From an uncultured Candidatus Saccharibacteria bacterium (lineage in GTDB: Bacteria > Patescibacteriota > Minisyncoccia > Phycocordibacterales > VMEP01): DNA of 64,000 bases. The notes under the pieces were generated by a model. The model saw only the letters and a program-made list of their open reading frames with translations. It searched no databases and was not told the DNA's origin. The position numbers and the translations under genes are program-made. Positions within the stretch are counted from its first letter, which is position 1. Each line of letters opens with the position of its first letter. This document shows, one piece after another, positions 39,379 to 49,533 of the stretch. The stretch spans positions 1,371-65,370 of the forward strand of contig CAZOFV010000002.1 in assembly GCA_964579635.1 (NCBI GenBank). The letters run 5' to 3'.

Positions 39379-40212
39379 CTAAAATTGATTAACCACCCGA
39401 AGGTCTCCGTTATACAATAACCTCACGTCATCAATTCCGTATTTAAGCATCACCATGCGATCAATACCGCAACCAAAAGCAAAACCGCGGTATTCGCGAG
39501 GATTAATACCGCCTGCTTCAAGCACACGAGGATGAACCATCCCCGCGCCACCTATTTCTATCCAACCCGTACTTTTGCAAACATTGCACGATACATTTTC
39601 GCCCTTGCATTTAAAACATTGCATGTCGAACTCATTTCCCGGCTCGACGAAAGGAAAATACGATGAACGAAGTCTGATTACAATATCTGTTTCAAAAAAT
39701 TCCGAAAAAAGTTTCTGCATCACCCCAACCATCATTGAAAGAGATGCGTCCTTAGCAACATAAAAACCTTCGATTTGATAAAACTGTGCTTCGTGTGTCG
39801 CATCTGTTGCTTCGTTACGAAAAACTTTTCCAGGGCAACAAATTGCAAGTGGAAAATCGCGACCTTCCGCCACATACTTTTCCATCGCCCGAATCTGCAT
39901 GTTGCTTGTATGGGTGCGAAGAACATATCCGACATCTTCGCCATGCTTATTTTTACCCCTCATGTCTTTAATCCAAAAAGTATCCTGCATATCACGGGCT
40001 GGGTGATCACCAGGAACATTTAGTGCGTCAAAGTTATGCCACTCATTTTCAAGCTCCGGACCATCAACGGTGTCAAAACCCATTTTTGAGAAAATGCTTG
40101 AGATGCGGTTAATCGCAATAGTTATCGGGTGTATATGTCCTAAACCAAGCTTTGCTTGGTCGGGCGAACTTCCATTAGGAAGTTTTAGTCCTCTTTCTTC
40201 TTTAGATAGCAT
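39379..40212 (-). CDS. pheS: Phenylalanyl-tRNA synthetase alpha subunit (N-terminally short)
   Basis: HPARDMQDTF, FPFVEPG, GFAFGCGIDR. Confidence 0.96.
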   Translation of the reverse strand: MLSKEERGLKLPNGSSPDQAKLGLGHIHPITIAINRISSIFSKMGFDTVDGPELENEWHNFDALNVPGDHPARDMQDTFWIKDMRGKNKHGEDVGYVLRTHTSNMQIRAMEKYVAEGRDFPLAICCPGKVFRNEATDATHEAQFYQIEGFYVAKDASLSMMVGVMQKLFSEFFETDIVIRLRSSYFPFVEPGNEFDMQCFKCKGENVSCNVCKSTGWIEIGGAGMVHPRVLEAGGINPREYRGFAFGCGIDRMVMLKYGIDDVRLLYNGDLRVVNQF

Positions 40213-40254
40213 AATTCTCTGATTATAGCCAAACAGAGTCCTTAAACAAAGTCT

Positions 40255-41193
40255 TTATGGTAGTTCTAGGCTATAAAACCGCCCCTCTTTATTTTTTATA
40301 AAATATTCCCCATTTGAAGATATTCTAATTTTTGACTGAGGATCGATAAAAACAGGTCGCAAATCTTCCATTTTTGAACCAATATTTAATTGTAGGGCAA
40401 ATATTCCAGATGGCATTTCCATTAAAACAACATCTGTTCTTCCTGGGTAAAATTCAATGTTTGAAATCTTCTCATCACTTCTAAAAATAGCCGTTGTTGT
40501 GGCAACAGTAGAAGTGGAAACATGGAAAAAATATGGTGCATCTGAAACATTTCCTATCCAAGAAGCCAACACAACATTATCTTTCAAGTACACAATACTT
40601 TTACCAGAAACTAAAGTATCATCTGCTCTATCGATATTAAACTTCTCGTAAATATTTTCCGTCGCCAAAATCTCTTTCTTTTCTTCAACTTTAGTTAGTT
40701 TCTTTTTTTCAAAAAGTGCTTTTACTTCTAAATATTCCGTAGTACTTGTTGCAATTTTTATCGTTTCTTTTGTTGTCGTCGAAACAATATCTTTTGGCTT
40801 ACTAAACTGTGTGATTTCCTTCAAAATAAATTTCTCGGGAGAAAGAAAAGAGTAGTTTTCGGTAACAATCTTTGGATAAACAACTATATTTTTTTTCCAA
40901 GAATAATATCCTTCTTTTTTAACCTCTATAGAATATGAGCCAACCTTTAAATCTTGGACAAAAAACGACCTAGATAAAAATCCGAGTGTGTCGTTAAACT
41001 TACCATTTATATACAAATTAGATCCCGAAGGACTTAAGTAAACTGATATTCCACCAGTTTTAGAAATTATTCCCTCACCAAATCTATAACCAGTTGTGTA
41101 TAAAACCAAAACAGGGACGGCTATCAAAAAGATAATAATTGATAAGTAAAAAAACATATTTCTACTTTTAACTGAAAGTGGTTTTATTGGCAT
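40255..41193 (-). CDS. Membrane-anchored PEGA-domain protein
   Basis: N-terminal TM, then TGGISV..PSG..YING..GSYSIEVKKEGYYSWKK. Confidence 0.75.
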   Translation of the reverse strand: MPIKPLSVKSRNMFFYLSIIIFLIAVPVLVLYTTGYRFGEGIISKTGGISVYLSPSGSNLYINGKFNDTLGFLSRSFFVQDLKVGSYSIEVKKEGYYSWKKNIVVYPKIVTENYSFLSPEKFILKEITQFSKPKDIVSTTTKETIKIATSTTEYLEVKALFEKKKLTKVEEKKEILATENIYEKFNIDRADDTLVSGKSIVYLKDNVVLASWIGNVSDAPYFFHVSTSTVATTTAIFRSDEKISNIEFYPGRTDVVLMEMPSGIFALQLNIGSKMEDLRPVFIDPQSKIRISSNGEYFIKNKEGRFYSLELP

Positions 41194-41196
41194 ATT

Positions 41197-42810
41197 TTAA
41201 ATGTTAGCATTTTTTGCCTTACTAAAAACCTTTATTTCTCCACGATGTTTAGGTGTAACCCAAAATCCCATATAACGACCAAGCATCAATCTTGTCTGAG
41301 CTTCAAGTCCTGGGATGGCGCCAAATATTGTTATCGTGACCGGAACTAAAACCCATTGAATGATCATGAAAAAATTATCTCTCCATGTCCTATTCAGCGG
41401 ACGTAGTGGTAAGAAAGAATAAGAAATTGCTGCTGTAAGAAAAAGACCAAGCATAGAGAGAACCATCAAATCCCTTGTAATTATTGGGAGATTATATGAA
41501 AGAATCGTCTGATTAAAAATATTTCCGCCAATCATAACTGGTAACCAACCAAGTAAAAATATTATCAATGGATTCGTAGAGAGCGACCAATATCCTTCAA
41601 GTTGAACTAAAGAAATTTTTATCTTCTGCGCCAAAGGAATTCTTTTATTTTTAAAAAAATTCATAAGAATATAAGGAACATTCTCTGAACCATAAGCCCA
41701 ACGGCGATGTTGTTTGTAAACATTCTTCATTGTCTGCCACAAAGTTGGCGCCAAATTAGCGTCCATGGAAACAGGGTACGCAATAGAAACTATTTCATAT
41801 TTACCGTCGTGGGCAACCAAAAGGTTCCAAAAAATTCTTGAATCTTCAGAAACCATATTCTTCTGCCAATATCCCACTTCATAAAGAGTTTTAAATGAAA
41901 CAGCGTGAGATGAGAAAGTAACAAGTTTTTCCGGTCTTTCCTGTTGAATCATTTGCCAAAAAGTAGAAGACATCGCAGCAACACGAGAAGGAGCAGGTGC
42001 ATCCCAGATATTATTGTTATACAAAGGAACTGGCTGGAAAGATGATTGATATGGTCTTTCGCAGGTCAAAAAATGCCAAGTAAGGCATGTGAAATAATTC
42101 GGATAAACCACTGTGTCACTATCAAAAGCAGACACTAAAACATCTTCATAAGAAATATTTTTTGCGTCTAGAATTAATTTACGGGCCATCTCGGCCATGT
42201 AAGATATGTTTGACCCCTTACCCGCCATCTCACCAAAAACCCCATCTGGATGAATTGTGAGCAAAACATCATAAAACTTATCTTTATATTTTGAGATAAT
42301 TGCCTCCCCTCGGGCGATTGCCTCTTTACCCGCCTTCTCTTCCGCCCCCAAAACAACAATAAGCTTCTTTAGGTCATAGTTTGATTCAAATAACTTTTCA
42401 ACAGTATTGTTAAGAACTTGTTCACTCTCATCATAATAAGGAAGAACGATCATGTGATAAACATGTTCATATTTAAGATGAGAAAGCATTAGAGACCAAT
42501 CCGCTTTTAAGTTGTGCTTAATTCTTTTCCAATTATAACGGAGGTGATAAGAAAGGTGGGCTGTTTTCAAAACCCAATACACATCAAACGCAATAATAAA
42601 TACTGCCGCTACTGTTGGTGCAAAAATGGAAAAAATAATTATCGCTAGAATTGTCCCCCAAGCCATAAGCCCGGGAATCATTTCAAAAAATCTATAAAGG
42701 CGGTAGTCTTCTTTAGAAAGATCAGTAGCACGACCCACATGAAAATAAGGAGTATTAATTGACTCCTTATTCACCAAAGAGATATTAAGTTTTTTTTCTT
42801 CTCCTTCCAT
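41197..42810 (-). CDS. Membrane GT2-family glycosyltransferase
   Basis: DSD, SED and QHRRW motifs with flanking TM helices. Confidence 0.85.
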   Translation of the reverse strand: MEGEEKKLNISLVNKESINTPYFHVGRATDLSKEDYRLYRFFEMIPGLMAWGTILAIIIFSIFAPTVAAVFIIAFDVYWVLKTAHLSYHLRYNWKRIKHNLKADWSLMLSHLKYEHVYHMIVLPYYDESEQVLNNTVEKLFESNYDLKKLIVVLGAEEKAGKEAIARGEAIISKYKDKFYDVLLTIHPDGVFGEMAGKGSNISYMAEMARKLILDAKNISYEDVLVSAFDSDTVVYPNYFTCLTWHFLTCERPYQSSFQPVPLYNNNIWDAPAPSRVAAMSSTFWQMIQQERPEKLVTFSSHAVSFKTLYEVGYWQKNMVSEDSRIFWNLLVAHDGKYEIVSIAYPVSMDANLAPTLWQTMKNVYKQHRRWAYGSENVPYILMNFFKNKRIPLAQKIKISLVQLEGYWSLSTNPLIIFLLGWLPVMIGGNIFNQTILSYNLPIITRDLMVLSMLGLFLTAAISYSFLPLRPLNRTWRDNFFMIIQWVLVPVTITIFGAIPGLEAQTRLMLGRYMGFWVTPKHRGEIKVFSKAKNANI

Positions 42811-43021
42811 AAAATTTATAAACTAACACAAAAGACAAAATCTTCTGCACCATGTACCAAGAGTGCCTTTATAGCTTTACTCGAAGCCTACTTTATCAAA
42901 AATTCCAAGCCAATGAAAGCCCTTGAAACACCTCACCCTGTTCATGAAAAAAGACGTAAATATAGACTCTATAAGTGCTGAAATTTCCCACTAAAACAAA
43001 CAAGAAAAGAGAGGTTAATAT

Positions 43022-43684
43022 TTAGACCTTATCAGTAAACACAACAAGTCTCCTAGAATAACTTTTATCTATTTTGTTCCAAACTCCCCCACAAGTAATA
43101 AGGTTGAGGTGTGATTTACCATCATTTGAAAAAAATACTTCGTCTGTATTCGCTTTTTGGTCATAGCTTTGGATTTCTGTTACTACGAAAGTAGCGGTGA
43201 CCATGTTTTCATCCTGAACATATATCTTGTCTCCCTTCTGTAATTTATTTAAATCATCAAACACTGCTGGCTCACTGTTTTTCCAACCATAATGACCAAC
43301 AATAACAGAACTACCCTCTTCTCCCGGGCGTGGGCCCAAATTAAACCAAGCGGCGGCCGTTGGTGTTGTTGGGGCATCCACTGCTCCCTGTGGCGTAACT
43401 CCAACACCAACAAGACTTGTGTTAATGTTAAGTTTTGGAATTTTAAGATTCGTGGGAATACCGATTTTACTTTGTTCTAAAAAAACACTACTTTGGTTAA
43501 ATTCACTTGATTTTGCTTCGGTAAAATTTTTAGTATTCTGGTCGCCAGTAAATGTTGATATTTTTTTATAATAACCATTATCATCTATCCCCTCGAACAT
43601 AAAAAAGACAGTGGTCATTAAAAAAATAACTCCAATAATACCTAAACCAAATAGTAGCCACTTCATTAAAATTTTTGATTGCAT
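43022..43684 (-). CDS. Class F sortase
   Basis: N-terminal TM, GPRPGEEGSSVIVGH, LNLITC, YSRR (His-Cys-Arg). Confidence 0.88.
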   Translation of the reverse strand: MQSKILMKWLLFGLGIIGVIFLMTTVFFMFEGIDDNGYYKKISTFTGDQNTKNFTEAKSSEFNQSSVFLEQSKIGIPTNLKIPKLNINTSLVGVGVTPQGAVDAPTTPTAAAWFNLGPRPGEEGSSVIVGHYGWKNSEPAVFDDLNKLQKGDKIYVQDENMVTATFVVTEIQSYDQKANTDEVFFSNDGKSHLNLITCGGVWNKIDKSYSRRLVVFTDKV

Positions 43685-43702
43685 ATTTTTTTAATTAAAC
43701 AA

Positions 43703-43730
43703 AGAAGGCCCCGCAAAAGCGGGGCCTTCT
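43703..43730 (-). terminator. GC-rich hairpin between surface protein and sortase genes
   Basis: AGAAGGCCCCGC-aaaa-GCGGGGCCTTCT. Confidence 0.7.
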
Positions 43731-43776
43731 CCGCTCTTGGATCAAGCGCCTACGTTAATTTATAAATGTAATTAAC

Positions 43777-45636
43777 CTAAACTTTCTTCTTTCTCATAAC
43801 AACAACAAACGGAGCTATCGCTAAAAATAAAACAGCAAATAGTTTAGCGATATCCCATCCATTAATTACACCCTCTGGTGGAAATCCTGTATTAGGAAAT
43901 CCAATCGAAGCTCCCACAACAACAGTGGCTGAAGAAAAATCAACAGCAGTCAAACCATTAGCGTGACCAATTGCTGTGCCGATATTTGTGGTCGTTTTAG
44001 TAAGGTTGGTTTGGCAAGTAAAAGACCATGTTTCATTACTCTCAAGTAGATTATTTTTATTTATATCTCCGGGATGTCCCACGACTCTACTAGGTAAACC
44101 AGTACACTTATCGTCAGTGATACCAACATCACTCAATGCGACAGTACCTGGATTGGTCACTGTGTAAGAGTATGTAACTGCCCCACCACCAACTGGAAGT
44201 GTGAACACGTTAGGCCTTTTTACTAAATGTATTAGTGGTGGTGTCGACGATACCCCAACAACAACAGTTGCGCTTGCTGTGTCGTATGTATCCCAACCAT
44301 TATAGAAACCACGAGCAGTAGTTGTATTTGTTTCTGTTTGAGTAACTATCTTAGTACAACGGTATATCCAAGTTTCAGACAAACCAAGCCATGAATCTTT
44401 ATTAAGATCTCCTGAAATATACTCCACTGCACTACATTTATTATCCTTAACCCATACATTACTCATTGCGACTGGACCTATGTTTGTTACCGTATAAGTG
44501 TAAGCAACAGTTCCTGATCCATTTGGCAAAGAAAGTGGGCTTGGTATTTTTGTGACATTTATAAGTGGTAGTGGTGAAAAAGTGCTACCGCCGGTAGTAG
44601 ATACTGGTGCTGGAGGAGGAGGCGTGTCAGTGTTTGTTATTGTACAAGTTTTATTATCACCAAATGAAAGTGTCACACTACCGCTTGAATTACAGTCCCC
44701 ACTGAAAATTGCGGTATAAGATGAATTTACGTTTTCACTTACTACATAAGTACCAGGAGAAAGTGTGTAGGCAGTCCCTAGTGTTGAGACTCCAACCTGA
44801 GGACTTCCAGAAACATCTACACCGGCACTCTTTACATGTATCGTAAAATCAGAAGAAACAGCGGTTCCGCCACTTGAATTAATTACTGTTTTAACAACGC
44901 GAAGAGTAGTAGGTACTGTGATGGTGTTTGAGTCTGTTGTAACAGTGTGACCAAACGCCAACACTCTTCCTAACAAATTTGCAAAATGTCCCAAGGTAAC
45001 ACCAGTAGAACCAAGAGCATCAGCAATAATATTTCCAACAAAAGTAGGTGTTGGTGATGTTGCAGAATTTGCCCCAATCGATGCAAGACCAGTAGGGGTC
45101 CAGAACACATCAGAGGCGCTGGCACCATTTGCCAAAACAACCTTAGAATTGGCTCCCGTAGTAAGCGCCCCGCCTGACCTGAAGATATATGTTCCAGGGC
45201 CATCTAAGGTCACTGTTGTGCTTAAAGCTATGTCCATAGTGCCACTACTAGAGTAACAGCCTGGGGTGTATGTCCCAGACAAAACGACATTAACACCAAG
45301 AGATGTACATGCCTGGTTATTCAAATCTACCAAAGCTGTTGCTTGAGCTGCTCCGTTTGTACAAGGAGTGACAGCTTGGCTCAACGGGGTAACAGTAATA
45401 CCGTTAATCGATACAGGTGGTGTGTCTGGTGGTGTGGTATAACAAACACCGCCATTGATAGCGGTTTCTAAACCAGTATTTAAGGAGTTAGTCCAAGTAC
45501 TAGAAACAATGCCGTATGTGCCAACAGCCCCAAGAGCTGGTGTTGATGCGGCAAAAACACCAACCGGTCCAATTAAACCAATCATTGATAAAATCCCCAC
45601 TATTGCTACTATCGAATTTTTATTAAAATTTTTCAT
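43777..45636 (-). CDS. Secreted protein: DUF3494 ice-binding-like domain + Ig-like repeats + FPNTG sorting signal
   Basis: Signal peptide; YTPGCY..TVTLDGPGTYIF..VVLANGASASDVFW..FVGNI..GRVLA; two YTYTVTNxG repeats; FPNTG-TM-RKKK tail. Confidence 0.8.
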   Translation of the reverse strand: MKNFNKNSIVAIVGILSMIGLIGPVGVFAASTPALGAVGTYGIVSSTWTNSLNTGLETAINGGVCYTTPPDTPPVSINGITVTPLSQAVTPCTNGAAQATALVDLNNQACTSLGVNVVLSGTYTPGCYSSSGTMDIALSTTVTLDGPGTYIFRSGGALTTGANSKVVLANGASASDVFWTPTGLASIGANSATSPTPTFVGNIIADALGSTGVTLGHFANLLGRVLAFGHTVTTDSNTITVPTTLRVVKTVINSSGGTAVSSDFTIHVKSAGVDVSGSPQVGVSTLGTAYTLSPGTYVVSENVNSSYTAIFSGDCNSSGSVTLSFGDNKTCTITNTDTPPPPAPVSTTGGSTFSPLPLINVTKIPSPLSLPNGSGTVAYTYTVTNIGPVAMSNVWVKDNKCSAVEYISGDLNKDSWLGLSETWIYRCTKIVTQTETNTTTARGFYNGWDTYDTASATVVVGVSSTPPLIHLVKRPNVFTLPVGGGAVTYSYTVTNPGTVALSDVGITDDKCTGLPSRVVGHPGDINKNNLLESNETWSFTCQTNLTKTTTNIGTAIGHANGLTAVDFSSATVVVGASIGFPNTGFPPEGVINGWDIAKLFAVLFLAIAPFVVVMRKKKV

Positions 45637-45734
45637 ATATTTTTTATTATCCAAAAAACAGCGCCATGTTATTAATAATTAAAACGCGCTATTTATATGG
45701 CTTATTATTAGATGTAATTGTCTTACGTAATGAT

Positions 45735-45760
45735 GCCGTCGTAATAGCGAAAGTATTACA
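45735..45760 (-). promoter_or_regulatory. Putative ECF promoter
   Basis: TGTAAT-16-CGGC. Confidence 0.65.
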
Positions 45761-45874
45761 CTCAAATTTAAAAACAATTTTTAAATTGAAACGAAAAATA
45801 ACCTAATTTTTACAATTAGGTTATTTAAAATTCCTTTCAGTAACTGAATTAAACGCTTCTGGTTAAAATATATT

Positions 45875-46384
45875 TTACTTCTTAGAAACCTTTAAAAGCA
45901 CTTCATTTATATCACTGATAATTTCATCGAGTCGATGGTCAGATTTAACATAGTATTTACTTACCCCCGAACTAACATAGGATTTTATTGTCTTAGGACT
46001 TGCAGCGTTTGATACAACAAAGACTGGTATTTTACTCCACCTTCCGCCGTTAGCTTTAAATTTTTTAACAAAATCAAGACCATCTTCTTTCCCTAGTAAA
46101 TGATGGTCAAGCCAAATAGCATCTACCTTCTCTAACCTTTCAAGATAATCAAGAGCCTGTTTAATACTACTGACTGTTATTGCTCCCAAGCCATTTTTAT
46201 CTAGATTTGCATTAAAAGCCTCTTCAACACTACGCGCAACAATTACCCCAAAACCACTTTTCTTTAGTTTTGCGTTTACCACTTCAAGCAACGCCCGATC
46301 ATCTTCTATGACCAGGATTGTTTTACCCTTATCTGTGGTGATTCTTTTTTCAGTACTAACCTCTTTTAATATTTTTTTAATCAT
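45875..46384 (-). CDS. Stand-alone response regulator receiver with internal insertion
   Basis: ILVIEDD, AIWLD, VVSN, YVK. Confidence 0.85.
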   Translation of the reverse strand: MIKKILKEVSTEKRITTDKGKTILVIEDDRALLEVVNAKLKKSGFGVIVARSVEEAFNANLDKNGLGAITVSSIKQALDYLERLEKVDAIWLDHHLLGKEDGLDFVKKFKANGGRWSKIPVFVVSNAASPKTIKSYVSSGVSKYYVKSDHRLDEIISDINEVLLKVSKK

Positions 46385-46421
46385 GTTGTTTTTTGTGCAT
46401 TAACTATAAGTACTGATAAAT

Positions 46422-47783
46422 CTATTTCGCATTCTCTTTCCCCCGTTTTTTAGGCCCTAGAAGAGGTAGCGTCACGTAAAAAATAGTACCCTTCTCACCC
46501 TCCCCAAAAGACTTAAACCAAACTTTCCCCCCAGAATTTTCAACAATCGACTTTACAATATAAAGGCCTAATCCCGTCCCGTCGGTATCTTTATCTCTAA
46601 CATTATCTGCCCTAAACAACTTGGTGAATATTTTATCTTGTTGGTTTTTTGGTATGCCATAACCATTATCAATAACCTTCAGAAGAACATTATTTTTTTC
46701 AGCCGACGAAATTGATATATTTATTTTTCCACCTTCGGGCGTATACTTTACCGCGTTTGATAAAATATTCTGTACTACCATTCGTAAATGCTTTGGGTCG
46801 GCGTGCATAACTCCAATATTTTTTTCAAACGAAAAAGAAAACGAGATTTTTCTAGCATTAATTTGGGGTTTCTGTTCGTCTATCACACTTTGCGCAAGTT
46901 TGGTTATATCTATTGATTCTGGTTCAACTATAAACGTCCCCAACTCAAGCGAGGAAACATCTAAAAGGGCATTTACCAATTCAACCATACGTTGGTTACT
47001 ACGATAAACCTCGTCGAGATATTTTTTTTGTTTTTCGTTCAACTCCCCAACATCTCCAGCTAAAAGCATTTCCGCGTACCAATTAACCGTAGATAGCGGG
47101 GTACGAAGCTGGTGGCTAGCAAGGGAAACGAATTCTGTTTTAGCTTTATCGATTTCTCTTTCAGAGGTTATATCTCTAAAAATCTTAATTGCTCCTATAA
47201 CCTTACCCTTAAAAATTACTGGGGTTGCCATGATGGCCACCGGAAACTTTGTTTTATCTTTCCTTCTGTAGTAATAAGTTGAAAGAGAAGTAGTTGTATT
47301 ATTGCTCAAAACTGTCTTTGCTTGATACTGTTCTAACGCGACAGGTAACCCTTTTTCGTTTTCGAAAACAACAACCTCGGAAAAAACCTTTCCTATTGTT
47401 TCATTGCTTTTTTTACCAAACAACTTTTCAGCTGTTTTGTTCATAATAATAACAACCCCTTTTTCATCTGTAACAAGAAGTCCGTCACCAATTGATAACA
47501 ATATTGCCTCTTCTTTCACCCTAGCCATTTCAAGGTCCTTGGTGCGTTCAAAAACCTTACGCTCCAATGTTTCGTGTGACTTCTTAAGTTTTTCTGCTGT
47601 TACTACAAGCTTACGTCTAACTACCTCTTTCTCTCGTGCAGTAATAGCAAGTTTCTTTGCCGTTACAGCAAGCTCTCTTGCTGTAACGGCAAGCTTACGT
47701 CGAACAACCTCTTTTTCTTTAGCTAAAACTTTAAGGTTACGAATTATTTCATTGGAAACGGAGGTGATGATATTTTTTTTCAT
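46422..47783 (-). CDS. Cytoplasmic PAS histidine kinase with N-terminal heptad repeats
   Basis: ASHQLRTPL, NAVKYT, DNGYGI, GTGLGL; no TM segment. Confidence 0.92.
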   Translation of the reverse strand: MKKNIITSVSNEIIRNLKVLAKEKEVVRRKLAVTARELAVTAKKLAITAREKEVVRRKLVVTAEKLKKSHETLERKVFERTKDLEMARVKEEAILLSIGDGLLVTDEKGVVIIMNKTAEKLFGKKSNETIGKVFSEVVVFENEKGLPVALEQYQAKTVLSNNTTTSLSTYYYRRKDKTKFPVAIMATPVIFKGKVIGAIKIFRDITSEREIDKAKTEFVSLASHQLRTPLSTVNWYAEMLLAGDVGELNEKQKKYLDEVYRSNQRMVELVNALLDVSSLELGTFIVEPESIDITKLAQSVIDEQKPQINARKISFSFSFEKNIGVMHADPKHLRMVVQNILSNAVKYTPEGGKINISISSAEKNNVLLKVIDNGYGIPKNQQDKIFTKLFRADNVRDKDTDGTGLGLYIVKSIVENSGGKVWFKSFGEGEKGTIFYVTLPLLGPKKRGKENAK

Positions 47784-47790
47784 AAAGTAT

Positions 47791-48174
47791 TTAAATCTCC
47801 AATATTTCTTCTATCTTCTTCACAATAGCATGTAGTTTCCAATCAGACTTTATTAAATAATGAGTTAACTTATGAGCTAACATTTCATCCGCAACCTGCT
47901 CGTTGGGGCCACTTAAATTAGTCAGAATAATAACCGGGACTTTTCCTCCCCACATATCTTCTCTAATATTTTTTAGTGCCGTTACCCCATCCATCTCCGG
48001 CATAATAAGGTCGAGTAAAATAAGGTCTGGGTGCTTCAAAAACGCGAGAGCCACTCCCTCTTTTCCATTTCTAGCCTCGATTGGTAGAAAATTTTTAGCT
48101 AATAGTATATCTACCATGGCACCACGAAGGCTTTTTTCATCCTCAATTATTAATATCGTTTTTTGTTTTTTCAT
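47791..48174 (-). CDS. Single-domain response regulator
   Basis: LIIEDE, LILLDLIMPEMDG, ILTN, LIK. Confidence 0.92.
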   Translation of the reverse strand: MKKQKTILIIEDEKSLRGAMVDILLAKNFLPIEARNGKEGVALAFLKHPDLILLDLIMPEMDGVTALKNIREDMWGGKVPVIILTNLSGPNEQVADEMLAHKLTHYLIKSDWKLHAIVKKIEEILEI

Positions 48175-48196
48175 AATATTTTCTCTACACTAGGGA

Positions 48197-48222
48197 GCCG
48201 AGTGAGAACGTAAACCATTACA
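48197..48222 (-). promoter_or_regulatory. Putative ECF promoter
   Basis: TGTAAT-16-CGGC. Confidence 0.65.
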
Positions 48223-48299
48223 ACAAAACAAAAAAGACCCTGAGAAAAGATATTCTCAGGGTCCTCTTTGTTAAACTTTCTCTAAGCTTTTCTATATTG

Positions 48300-48983
48300 T
48301 TAATTTGTATAGAAGGAAGCTGGGGAGGTTATGCTTGTGTTATTAGACGAATCTAATACCTCAACCAAATAGAAGTAATTTGTATTTGGGGTCAAACCAC
48401 TTATTCCTACAACTTGAGATGTTCGAGCAACACCATCGTATTGAGCCAAAGTACCACTTACACTTGGTTCAACAAAATTGACTCCAGTTTGATCAAAGGT
48501 GTTATTAAGTCTAATTGGTGATGTACTGTAATAAACCTTACCTCTTGCCAAATCATTAGTAGTCCAGCTAATCGTAGCGCTGTTACTATTTTTACTAACA
48601 TTTAAGCTTGTGATAATTGGAGCAGCTGAATCACCGCTAACACCCATATTAGCCATCTGAAGGTTAAGAACAGGTAACGTTGCAGGACCAACACGACCAA
48701 CGGGTGAAATTCCATTATGTGACTGGAATCTCGCTACAGCGGCTTTTGTTAACTGGCCAAAATAACCAGTAACAAGACCTTCTGGATAAAATGCAGGATC
48801 TGCCGCCAAAAAAGTCTGAAGAGCAGAAACATCTGAACCACTAACACCAACCTCCAATTGGCGATTGAGTGTATCTGCACGCGCAAACAAGGGAGCACTA
48901 ATAATCAACACTGCTGACAAAATTATTCCCGCTTCAAAAAGAAAACGGCTTAATACTTTTGTGTAATTTATAGTTTTAGTCAT
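48300..48983 (-). CDS. Secreted peptidoglycan-binding (PG_binding_1) + FN3-like protein
   Basis: GSDVSALQTFL..GYFGQLTKAAVARFQ..GRVGPAT; ISWTT..GLTPNTNYFY. Confidence 0.85.
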   Translation of the reverse strand: MTKTINYTKVLSRFLFEAGIILSAVLIISAPLFARADTLNRQLEVGVSGSDVSALQTFLAADPAFYPEGLVTGYFGQLTKAAVARFQSHNGISPVGRVGPATLPVLNLQMANMGVSGDSAAPIITSLNVSKNSNSATISWTTNDLARGKVYYSTSPIRLNNTFDQTGVNFVEPSVSGTLAQYDGVARTSQVVGISGLTPNTNYFYLVEVLDSSNNTSITSPASFYTN

Positions 48984-49074
48984 ATTTTTATTTTTATTAT
49001 TATTAATTTTACTATTAATTTCGCCCTCTTTTAAAAAGGGCCTTCGACCACAAACCAACCCACCTGTGATAAAT

Positions 49075-49100
49075 GACGTTTCTGTGTTTAATTTATTACG
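49075..49100 (-). promoter_or_regulatory. Putative ECF promoter
   Basis: CGTAAT-16-CGTC. Confidence 0.62.
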
Positions 49101-49118
49101 TGTTGTAATAAATTAATA

Positions 49119-49472
49119 CTACAAGTGCTTTTTAATATTTTTCCAAAAACGGCTTGTTTCGTTCCTGAGCATTTTTTCTTCTGCAACGGAAAGCTTCTTC
49201 GCTTTAACGTAATTTTTTACGCCTTCATCAACAAAAGCATCGTATTGTTTTTCACCAACTTTCTTTAATTTTTTTACACGTGGTGACATATATCGATAAA
49301 AATCACCGGGAAGTTTCTTGATGTCCTCACGTAATTTCTTTCCAGACTCTGGTGCGAGAAGCATCCCCGCCGCAACACCAAGGACCGCGCCAACTAAAGC
49401 TCCTTCTAAAAGTTTCTCTTTTTTACTAACGACCGAATTCTTTGTATTCTTTTTATTTATTATTTTTTTCAT
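49119..49472 (-). CDS. YtxH-domain protein
   Basis: GALVGAVLGVAAGMLLAPESGKKLR signature. Confidence 0.85.
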   Translation of the reverse strand: MKKIINKKNTKNSVVSKKEKLLEGALVGAVLGVAAGMLLAPESGKKLREDIKKLPGDFYRYMSPRVKKLKKVGEKQYDAFVDEGVKNYVKAKKLSVAEEKMLRNETSRFWKNIKKHL

Positions 49473-49533
49473 ATTACTAAAAATTGAATTATCTATTAAC
49501 CATTTGATAAAAACCTTAAGAATTATTTGTAAC

